A DNA stretch of 64,000 nucleotides from Candidatus Brocadiia bacterium (GTDB taxonomy: Bacteria > Planctomycetota > Brocadiia > SM23-32): contig JBKHIT010000013.1 in NCBI GenBank assembly GCA_046538485.1, positions 1-64,000 on the forward strand, in the 5' to 3' direction. Of this stretch, positions 11,059 to 19,146 are shown piece by piece; positions within the stretch are counted from its first letter, which is position 1; each line of letters begins with the position of its first letter. The notes under the pieces were generated by a model. The model saw nothing but the letters and a program-made list of their open reading frames with translations, was not told the DNA's origin and made no database searches. The translations under genes and the position numbers were made by a program.

Positions 11059-11469
11059 CTACCTATCCGGTGCAAGAAGCTCCAGCTGGGGAAAATACGT
11101 GCGGTAACGGGAATCGTCGCGCGTGGCGAGGGGAATACCGAGGACGGCGGCGTGAGCGCCGATCAAGAAATCAGGCAGAGGCGACTGACTTTTGCCGCCC
11201 CTTCGACGGTCTTTCAGGTAGCATTTTCCGGCGAGAAATGCGGCTTCGTAGGGGACCGGTAGTCTTTCAATAAAATCTCCGGGCAGGGCATCCTCGAGTT
11301 CTTCGATTCCATCGAATCGGACGGAGACTTCGCCGTAGATAATGGGATTAATGCAGATGATTCCATCGGAGGCGGCCCGTTCCAACGTGGCGGCGGACCA
11401 CTCATACCAGCGCTCATCTTCGGTCATAATGTCGAGAAAAACATTTGAATCGACGAGCACCCGACTCAT
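11059..11469 (-). CDS. vapC: Type II toxin-antitoxin VapC (PIN domain) toxin
   Basis: VLVDSNVFLD, IIYGEV, LPDFLIGAHA, LATRD PIN motifs; 4-nt overlap with the antitoxin. Confidence 0.93.
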   Translation of the reverse strand: MSRVLVDSNVFLDIMTEDERWYEWSAATLERAASDGIICINPIIYGEVSVRFDGIEELEDALPGDFIERLPVPYEAAFLAGKCYLKDRRRGGKSQSPLPDFLIGAHAAVLGIPLATRDDSRYRTYFPQLELLAPDR

Positions 11470-11693
11470 TCTTCACCCCGTGTGAGTGCCATGATCTCAT
11501 CGGTGGTCATACTGACGCTGCCTTTTCCTTTGAGCCTCTCAACAAGTTTCCGCCCCCGGCTGTTACCGTCCCTCTTCGTGAGAATTACTTTTCCGTCTTC
11601 CATCCGGAACTCTACCTCGGTCTCCGGGAGCAGCCCGGCCTTCTCCCGGATGTCGATGGGTATCGTTACCTGACCTTTGGACGTGATTTTCAT
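11466..11693 (-). CDS. vapB: AbrB/MazE/SpoVT-family antitoxin (VapB-like)
   Basis: MKITSKGQVTIPIDIREKAGL...; C-terminal MTTDEIMALTRGE. Confidence 0.92.
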   Translation of the reverse strand: MKITSKGQVTIPIDIREKAGLLPETEVEFRMEDGKVILTKRDGNSRGRKLVERLKGKGSVSMTTDEIMALTRGEE

Positions 11694-11709
11694 TCATATT
11701 CCCCGCGAC

Positions 11710-11760
11710 TAGTAATACACTTACCAGTATTACTATTACAAAAACGGGCCGTCGTGTCAA
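11710..11760 (-). promoter_or_regulatory. vapBC promoter region with autoregulatory inverted repeat
   Basis: TTGACA on the minus strand (11760-11755); perfect IR TAGTAATAC-N8-GTATTACTA (11710-11735); -10 box ambiguous. Confidence 0.7.
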
Positions 11761-11779
11761 GTGCCAGATCGCTTTCTAA

Positions 11780-12050
11780 GTGGTCAGTTGCATAAATACG
11801 CTAACGTTTGCCGAAGCGGATTTGCGCGGGACAAGGAACGGCGAGGAAGCGTATTGGAGGATAAATACGGTGACGAGGAGTGACACAGTATCCGTGTCAA
11901 AGCCGCCCGGCCCGCAGGGAAACCCCTGGACGCCCGATCTCTGCGTTGCAACGCCTCCACATACTTCTGCTCCAGTATGCGTCGTTGTTGCGCCTTGAGC
12001 TCGAACGTCCAGGAGGCTTCAAACGTCACCGTATTTATGCAGCTGACCAC
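11780..12050. mobile_element. MITE / internally deleted IS, 271 bp
   Basis: 31-bp terminal inverted repeats (28/31 match, starting GTGGTCAG) flanked by TAA on both sides; no transposase. Confidence 0.85.
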
Positions 12051-12103
12051 TAAGGCCGAACTGCGAGTTTAGCATATCTCCCTTCAGTCATTCAGGCTCA
12101 CGG

Positions 12104-12253
12104 GTCATTGCGAGATGGCGTAGCCGCCGCGGCAATCCGGAAGTGCGCCGTAGCCTCGCGCGAAGGCGGATCGGTGTCGGGCCAAATAACGACAAGATTG
12201 CCCGCGTTCTGAACTCCAGCCCCGCGGGAGCGGTTCTGAAGTCCAGTCCGCTC
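12104..12253. repeat. Palindromic repeat GTCATTGCGAG...GCAATC plus a family-A copy
   Basis: Hairpin 12104-12138; family-A doublet 12202-12253. Confidence 0.7.
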
Positions 12254-12375
12254 ACGTGCCATGCAATCGGGGACGGGATGCGGGGCCAACGATACCAGTA
12301 TTTTGGTGGAAAGCCGGTTCGTCTCGAGACCCTCTTGGGCCCCACGCACCTTCTACCCCGTCCCCGGAAACAGGG

Positions 12376-12437
12376 TTGACAGTTTTCCCGGCCGGTGATA
12401 GAATATTAATAGTATGATCGAATACTGCTGGAAGTAT
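12376..12437 (+). promoter_or_regulatory. sigma70-type promoter with two operator-like sites
   Basis: TTGACA (12376-12381), 17 bp, TAGAATATTAATAGTAT (12399-12415); second site ATACT-N6-AGTAT (12422-12437). Confidence 0.85.
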
Positions 12438-12656
12438 TGTTGCGCGCAAAAAAGTCTGATGGGAGGGAATGGAGGCGCAATTTCCCCTGCGCACGGTGCC
12501 TGGAATACCATCACAAAAATTCGACGGCCCCTCTACAGAACAACGGCCGGTCTTTTTGGGGAAGTGGCAACAGGGGAACCTGAGCCGTTTTGTAAAAAAA
12601 GACTAAGTTGCAGAGATGGTTCTCATTAACTAATTCTGAGAAAAGCCCCTCCGGCA

Positions 12657-15419
12657 ATGCAAAAAAATAACGAGTCTTCAAAATGCGGAAAGCCTTCCCT
12701 TTGCTTTCTTCCTTTACTCCTGATCTTTCTTTGTGCTATGATCCCCGCCTCTTTCCCGGCCGACGATGTCGGCGTCGCACATGAAATCGCCCATTGGGCC
12801 AGCCTCCCCGCCGACGGTCCCGAAGGACGTCCTCTTCCGCTCGCAGGATCGTGGAATATCGGCCGATTGGCCTTTCAGGAACGTCACTGGCATAACAAAG
12901 AAAATCCCCGCCGGGAATGGGGACCGAATTATTTCGTGGAGATGATCAAAAACGGCCACCACGTCCTGCCGTCTTTCGTCGATCCGCAGTTTCTCGGAAA
13001 ACATTATATTGGCGATAAGCCCGACGAACGTCGCCAGAAACGGATCGATACGATGATGGAACATTATTACCGTAAACCCCTCGAGTTCTGCCGCGAGCAC
13101 AATCTGCCGATCGCCTTCCGGGACTGGAACTGGATCGCACGTATCAAAAAATACGAACAGTGGCGCGAACGGTGGGCAGATGCAAAATTTTCCGTCGAAG
13201 AGACAAGCGCGCTGATCGAGAACGGGAAACCCGGCCGGCTGGTCAGCCCGTTCGGGCCCATTGAACGCTGGACGGAATGGGGCGAGTTCTGGTTCGGGAA
13301 TCCGATCATGAAACGGATCCAGGAAATCTATCCTGACCCGCCCATGGTTGTCTTTCTGGACAACAACGAAGTCAAGGTCCACTGGGCCCGTCAACTGACC
13401 GACGACCACACCCGATTTGTGGCGAAATACGGCAAAGGGCTTTCGGAAATGGAGAAAGCCGTCGCGATCCGCGAAGGATACAAAAAACGGCTTCAGGCGA
13501 TGTTCAAAGCGGCCCGGGATTCCCTGACGGAACCGGCCTGGAAGAAAAACACGTATATGGTCGGTTACAACAATCTGTGGGGCACCGGTTACATCGGAAA
13601 AGGGAACCGTCCCGAGCCAGGAATCGGTTTCGATCCGGAGAAAGGATGGCTCGAGTGGCGGCACTATGACGGCGGGATGCCGGAATTTTACGATAACGAC
13701 TGGCAGCCCGGCAAGACCGACCACACACCCTGGAGCCCGCAGACGGAAGCGATGAATTATTATTCGGCCCAGGCCCGCATTTTCGAGCGCGACCCCGATT
13801 TCTACTGGTCTTCAATCGCCTGGGACGGCGGGCGGGTGCATGGTACCTGGCGCGGCGAACGGCGTCTCGTGGGAAAACCCTACCGCTACGCCACAGCCGG
13901 ACAGAAATACGATTTCAACCGGTACCGAGGCATGATCCAGTTTGGACTCTGGGCGATGCGTCCCCGCTCGTTCCGTGAGTTTCGCGGCGGCGCCCACCGC
14001 AACGCCTATCTGAACGCGATATGGATGGCGCTGGTCCGATCCGTGGACCGCCCCTGGGATAATCCTGTTCTGCGCGAGTTCTGGAGGTTCGGCCGGCTCG
14101 TCCCAAACCGGGCTGAAAAACACTGGTTTACACTCGAAAAAGACGACCCGCAATGGGTGCGGGATCTCGATCGGTGGTATTTGCTGACCTGCGATGCCAA
14201 TCCGCCGCGAGATGAATGGACGGGACGCACGCATCTTCGCGTTTTCTCACTGGCTCTGGCGCTGGGAGAAAAACCAGAACGTCGCTGGCTTATTTATGCC
14301 CATGCTCCCCTCGGAGCGGTTGCAGGCGCTTCGGTCAAACTGCCGGGGCTCGGCCAAATCAATCTCGATCATGTCGCGGTGAGCGGCTCCTTCTACCTCA
14401 TCGAAGAAGAGAACGGGGAGCTGGAAACGCTGATTCAGGGCGGCCCGCCCGAAATTGCCGTCCGAGCTTCAAAGCGGTTTGTGAACCCGGGGCAGGCTGT
14501 CGAATTCGACGCCGAAGTGACGTGCCCGGCGGAAGAACCGTTCACGCATTTCACATGGCAGTTCGGGAAAAAAGAGGAAATCCGGGCCGAGAAACTCGGG
14601 CACCGAAACGAGACTTTCCAGAAACCGGGCGAGAATATCGTGACAGTATCCGGTCACCTGAAAGACGGCGGGAAAGTCGTCGGGCAGACGGTGGTTTTTG
14701 TGGACAAGACACCGAATAAAACGGTCGTCTACGATCTTTCTCTGGATGAACCTTTTGCCTGGCAAGGTCCCTGGGACGCGGTGACCGCGAAGAGCGATGA
14801 ACTTCTGAACTACCGCCACCTGCCGTCGGCGGGTCGGTTGCCGTCGCCCGTCCTGGTCGGCGCAGAATTTGTAGACGATCCCGAGCGCGGTTCGGTGCTT
14901 GAATTTGCCAGGGATCGCGACGCGATCTGGCTGGCGCCGCGCCGGCAGACGGTGCTCCATCCGCAGGGTCATCCCAATAAAACGATCGGTTTCTGGTTCA
15001 AAGCCGAAACCGTGGAAAAACGCCAGATACTTTACGCAGAAGGCCACGGGGCGTACGGATTCAATATCTACCTCGACCGAGGGAAACTTTACGCCGGGAA
15101 CTGGGCTGCAAAGGAGCGAGACTGGGCGGGACACTGGTTGATGACGCCTTCGCTCGAAGGCGGCAAATGGTATCAGGTAGCGTTTTCACTGAAAGATGCG
15201 AGCACCGAAGTTCAGGACGAGAAACTTTACCTTTATCTCGATGGAGAACTTGTCGACACAGGTCCCGGGGTTCGCGTGCCGCGACATTTTGCGGTCCCGC
15301 GAATCGGCGGGGCGAAGATGCGGGGACGCTGGATGACGCGTTTCCACGACGGAGAGAAAAAAGCGGCATCTTTCCGGGGCCGCATGGATCAATTTCTACT
15401 GAAAAATTCTGCTGAGTGA
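12657..15419 (+). CDS. Exported protein: uncharacterised core + PKD-like + C-terminal LamG/ConA-like domain
   Basis: Signal-like N-terminus; FTWQFG (PKD-like); TIGFWFKAE...GKWYQVAF...LYLDG...FRGRMD (LamG-like); paralog of 19147. Confidence 0.7.
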   Translation: MQKNNESSKCGKPSLCFLPLLLIFLCAMIPASFPADDVGVAHEIAHWASLPADGPEGRPLPLAGSWNIGRLAFQERHWHNKENPRREWGPNYFVEMIKNGHHVLPSFVDPQFLGKHYIGDKPDERRQKRIDTMMEHYYRKPLEFCREHNLPIAFRDWNWIARIKKYEQWRERWADAKFSVEETSALIENGKPGRLVSPFGPIERWTEWGEFWFGNPIMKRIQEIYPDPPMVVFLDNNEVKVHWARQLTDDHTRFVAKYGKGLSEMEKAVAIREGYKKRLQAMFKAARDSLTEPAWKKNTYMVGYNNLWGTGYIGKGNRPEPGIGFDPEKGWLEWRHYDGGMPEFYDNDWQPGKTDHTPWSPQTEAMNYYSAQARIFERDPDFYWSSIAWDGGRVHGTWRGERRLVGKPYRYATAGQKYDFNRYRGMIQFGLWAMRPRSFREFRGGAHRNAYLNAIWMALVRSVDRPWDNPVLREFWRFGRLVPNRAEKHWFTLEKDDPQWVRDLDRWYLLTCDANPPRDEWTGRTHLRVFSLALALGEKPERRWLIYAHAPLGAVAGASVKLPGLGQINLDHVAVSGSFYLIEEENGELETLIQGGPPEIAVRASKRFVNPGQAVEFDAEVTCPAEEPFTHFTWQFGKKEEIRAEKLGHRNETFQKPGENIVTVSGHLKDGGKVVGQTVVFVDKTPNKTVVYDLSLDEPFAWQGPWDAVTAKSDELLNYRHLPSAGRLPSPVLVGAEFVDDPERGSVLEFARDRDAIWLAPRRQTVLHPQGHPNKTIGFWFKAETVEKRQILYAEGHGAYGFNIYLDRGKLYAGNWAAKERDWAGHWLMTPSLEGGKWYQVAFSLKDASTEVQDEKLYLYLDGELVDTGPGVRVPRHFAVPRIGGAKMRGRWMTRFHDGEKKAASFRGRMDQFLLKNSAE

Positions 15420-15440
15420 TGTTTTAACAGGGAGAGAATT

Positions 15441-18400
15441 ATGGGTCGATTCAGACAACAGTTCCGCATGCTGGTGATTGTATCTTGTGCCGTGGTGAGT
15501 CTTATGTCAACGGCCTGTTTGGCGCAGGAGGTGAAACTGACCGAAAATGGCAAAGCGAAGGCCGTCATCGTCCATAACGGACATACCACAATTGCTTCCC
15601 AAATTCCAAAGGGGGCGAACGCACGGAAAAAAGGCTATATCAAACCCCCGACGGAAGCACTGCAAAACTACCTCGAAAAAATCACCGGCGCAAAGTTACC
15701 GATGGTGAAAACGGTGGAAGATGCCGGCGATAAACCGGCCATCGTGCTTCGTCTTGTCGACAGAGTGCCCGGTGCCAGCGATCGCCGGGCAACGGCCCGT
15801 CAGGCCTACGGGATCACGACAAAAGGTAACCGGATCTATCTGACGGCGGCGGAAGAGCTGGGATTGCACCACGCGGTTTTCGGTTTCCTCGAAGACCATC
15901 TCGGCTGTCATTTCTATTCCATCCGTACCAGCTATCACGGGCACGGCGTGAGCCGCTACGAAGGACCGGGATTTGAAACGGTTCCCAAACAGAAGACTCT
16001 CACGCTCGGCAAAATCGACGATTTGCAGGAACCCGCAATTCCGAACCGCGGTCTGATCTTCAAAATGGGACAATACCCCTGGATCCTGAAAAACCGTGCC
16101 GTAAGCCCCAGAGGTGGTCGCACGAGCAGCGCAATGGGCTGCGGCCATACGATGTACAGCTGGATCCCTCCAAAAGATAAAAAGCGCCGGGGGAAAGTCA
16201 TCAAGGAGGGACTTTTTGATGAACATCCGGAATTCTTCCCGATGAACAAAGAAGAGGAACGGGAACCCAGCATGTGGAACCAGGGAATCTGCGGCACCGC
16301 CGAAGGATTGCCAGAATATCTCGCACAGAAAATTCTGGGACGGATGAAAGGCAAGCCCGAAGACGCTTCAGCGATGTTCAAAATCGGCCAGGGTGATGGT
16401 TTTCAGGGCTGTCATTGCCCGGAATGCCGCAAGCTAGTGCACGAGCAGGGATCCGAAGCCGCCCCGCTGATCCACATGTTCAACGAAACCCTGGATATTG
16501 TGAACGAGAAGTATCCCAACGCGGAAATTATGACGTTTTGCTATTTCAATTCCCTCGAAGCCCCCAAGCACATGGAAGTTCATGACAATCTCTGGATCAA
16601 TGTTGTCTCCAGCGCGCGCAGCAAGAACGCCGCCGGCGACCAGATGGGCCCGATCCAGAACAATCCCGGTAATGCCGACTACGCCCGAGCACTGAAAGAA
16701 TGGCCGCAGATTGCCCCCAACCGGGTCACTGTCTGGCACTGGGATACCTATCGCCCCGAATGGCCGTCCATGTTCTACGTTGATGAGAATGTCAAATATA
16801 TGGCGGACAGCAAGGTCTACGCCATAAATCCTCAGACCTGCGGCGGTCCGTGGGACCAGATGCTGAACTGGCTCTACATGAAACTCAGCTGGGATCCCAC
16901 CCTCGACGGCGATAAACTGGTCCGACAATACATCGAAGACGTCTACAGTGAAGCAGCGGCCCCCTATCTCTACGAGTATCTCCAGACGGGAAAAGAAGCC
17001 TACGAAGATACTCTTCACGTGCCGAGCGCCGTCCGATGGTCCGGGTGGACGCGCATCACTATGGATAAGATCTTCGCCGAATCCGTGCGCGCAAAGATGG
17101 TGTCCCTGATGGATAAGGCCCTGGCGGCGGCGGAAAAACACGCCACAAAAGAGCAGCTCGAAGAACTGCAGAAAGCCCGGGCGGAATCCCTCGATAAAGT
17201 GGTCATGGAAGCCGCGCGACGTATCGGCGACTGGGGAATGGTGCCCTATGACGGCGAACAATGGTACGTTCCCGGTGCTAATAAACACGTGCCCGATATT
17301 ATTGAGCGCAAAAAACAGAGCCGCGGCGATAACTTCCGGGCTATCTCCCGCATCGGGCAGGGCAACGGTGGACCGGTCCTCGACCTGGAAGGCCCCGCCA
17401 TGGAAGCGGCCGTCTGCCCGGATCTTGCCGGACAGGTCATAAGTGCGGTGGATAAGTCCAGCGGGAAAGAGCTGCTGGATGCCCGCGGCAAACGGGCTGG
17501 CTACGGCGACGTTTCGGAGAAAGTCCACACGCAGCTCTGGCTGCCGGCCGGCAACGGACGTGCGGACCTGGACCGATCGGCCGAGGAATGGGCGACTCTC
17601 TGGAGTGATTACAGCAATCCCGACTCATCGACACTCTCCACCGAGACGATCCTGTCGGGCAAAAAGTTCAGCGACGAGAACTATCTGCGCCGCACGGTCA
17701 CGGTGGAGAAGGATAGACTCCGGATTGAACGCGCCTACAGCGGGTCGACGCCGAAGTCGGGCCGTTTCACCACCCGCTGGCGTCTTGCGATGCCGCAGCC
17801 GGACAAATCCCGCCTGACGGTCAGCGGCGGAGGTATCAAAGAACTGATGGACCTGCGCTACGCCGAACCGGGCGGTATCCGGACCGTCAAAGCCGGACAG
17901 CGCCCCCCCGGCTACGAGGGCCTGGATGCGATGAATGAAAAATGGGATGCCGTCAAAGCCGTCAGCGACGCCCAGGTGGTGGAGTTTAAGGTCAAAAATG
18001 ACGACGGCAAACTGGAGGTTCTGCTCGACCACGGGGACAGCGTCGCGGCGGTGGTCTCCACGCCCGTCGCAGGCTGGAGCCAGGTGGAGGTCAAACCGGT
18101 GGTCGGCAAGAAATACGTGGAGCTGACCCTGATCGGAGATAAAATCGAAGAAAAGAAAGTCAGCGACCTGAAACTGCCGGCCCAGGCGCTCCGCGCGAAA
18201 ACGATGGAACCCGGCAAGGCGGTGACCGAGCAAAAGAAGGCCGAGCCGAAGATCAAGATCACCGGCGAAGGCACCGCCATCAACCAGATCGACGGGGCCG
18301 AACTGGTCTGGATCCCGGCCGGCACGTTCACCCGCGGCAGCGAGACGGAGCTGGCCGGCGGGGACGAAGGACCGCAGAAAGAGGTCTACCTGGACGGTTA

Positions 18401-19016
18401 CTGGATCTACAAGTATCCGGTGACGGTCGGTCAGTACAAAAAACACTGCGAGGAAACCGGCGAGGAGTTCAAACCGCCGTGGCCGCAGCACCAGAAGGCG
18501 AGCCCGAAGGGCGACGCCGACAAATACGCGGTGATCGCGAACTGGTTTGAAGCGCGGGATTACGGGCGCTGGGCCCGGGCGAGTCTTCCAACCGAAGCGC
18601 AGTGGGAGAAAGCGGCCCGCGGGACCGACGGACGCGCCTACCCGTGGGGCGATGAGTACGACCCGGACAAATGCGTGAGCATGGAGAATACGCTCTATGA
18701 GTTCAATGAAGGGTTCCGTTCGGTGGGAAGTCACCCCGACGGAGCGAGCCCGTATGGCGTGATGGATATGGCCGGTAACGTCTGGGAATGGACCGGAGAC
18801 TGGTACAGGTACGAATACTACCGGGAATGTCCCGAGAAGAATCCACAGGGTCCGCAGAGCGGCGCGAACAAGGTGCTGCGTGGTGGATGCAGTCTGTATG
18901 ATTGGCGTTTCAACCGCTCGGCCGCACGATTTCTGCAACCGCCACAGGTGGACAACTGGACGGCCGTGGGTTTCCGGCTGGTGATCAATGCCGATAAGAA
19001 AGGGAATCTGAGGTGA
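15441..19016 (+). CDS. Exported DUF4838 protein fused to a C-terminal FGE-sulfatase (SUMF1-fold) domain
   Basis: Signal peptide; CHCPEC; LPTEAQWEKAARG, YGVMDMAGNVWEW, RGG, GFRLV. Confidence 0.8.
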   Translation: MGRFRQQFRMLVIVSCAVVSLMSTACLAQEVKLTENGKAKAVIVHNGHTTIASQIPKGANARKKGYIKPPTEALQNYLEKITGAKLPMVKTVEDAGDKPAIVLRLVDRVPGASDRRATARQAYGITTKGNRIYLTAAEELGLHHAVFGFLEDHLGCHFYSIRTSYHGHGVSRYEGPGFETVPKQKTLTLGKIDDLQEPAIPNRGLIFKMGQYPWILKNRAVSPRGGRTSSAMGCGHTMYSWIPPKDKKRRGKVIKEGLFDEHPEFFPMNKEEEREPSMWNQGICGTAEGLPEYLAQKILGRMKGKPEDASAMFKIGQGDGFQGCHCPECRKLVHEQGSEAAPLIHMFNETLDIVNEKYPNAEIMTFCYFNSLEAPKHMEVHDNLWINVVSSARSKNAAGDQMGPIQNNPGNADYARALKEWPQIAPNRVTVWHWDTYRPEWPSMFYVDENVKYMADSKVYAINPQTCGGPWDQMLNWLYMKLSWDPTLDGDKLVRQYIEDVYSEAAAPYLYEYLQTGKEAYEDTLHVPSAVRWSGWTRITMDKIFAESVRAKMVSLMDKALAAAEKHATKEQLEELQKARAESLDKVVMEAARRIGDWGMVPYDGEQWYVPGANKHVPDIIERKKQSRGDNFRAISRIGQGNGGPVLDLEGPAMEAAVCPDLAGQVISAVDKSSGKELLDARGKRAGYGDVSEKVHTQLWLPAGNGRADLDRSAEEWATLWSDYSNPDSSTLSTETILSGKKFSDENYLRRTVTVEKDRLRIERAYSGSTPKSGRFTTRWRLAMPQPDKSRLTVSGGGIKELMDLRYAEPGGIRTVKAGQRPPGYEGLDAMNEKWDAVKAVSDAQVVEFKVKNDDGKLEVLLDHGDSVAAVVSTPVAGWSQVEVKPVVGKKYVELTLIGDKIEEKKVSDLKLPAQALRAKTMEPGKAVTEQKKAEPKIKITGEGTAINQIDGAELVWIPAGTFTRGSETELAGGDEGPQKEVYLDGYWIYKYPVTVGQYKKHCEETGEEFKPPWPQHQKASPKGDADKYAVIANWFEARDYGRWARASLPTEAQWEKAARGTDGRAYPWGDEYDPDKCVSMENTLYEFNEGFRSVGSHPDGASPYGVMDMAGNVWEWTGDWYRYEYYRECPEKNPQGPQSGANKVLRGGCSLYDWRFNRSAARFLQPPQVDNWTAVGFRLVINADKKGNLR

Positions 19017-19028
19017 GACTTTGCCCCC

Positions 19029-19120
19029 GAAGGGACCTAAAGGACGTAAGGGTCCCAAGGGACTCCTGAGATTCAGACCCTGGCCAGAAGTTGTAAGTCC
19101 CTTGTGTCCCTTGTCCCTTC
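19029..19120. repeat. Hairpin repeat with about 9-nt periodicity (AAGGGAC units / conserved spacer / GTCCCTT units)
   Basis: Related copies at 21951-22046 and 56640-56715. Confidence 0.8.
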
Positions 19121-19146
19121 TGCGCCGAGAACGGGAGACCCAAAAA

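Noticed and set aside
11715..11730. vapBC operator as a member of the sugar regulon (ATACA-N6-AGTAT)
   Set aside because: It lies within a longer perfect inverted repeat typical of antitoxin autoregulation and lacks the TAGAAT context; likely coincidence
19021..19146. N-terminal extensions of ORFs 19021 and 43262
   Set aside because: They translate repeat DNA; downstream ATGs (19147, 43442) give proper signal peptides
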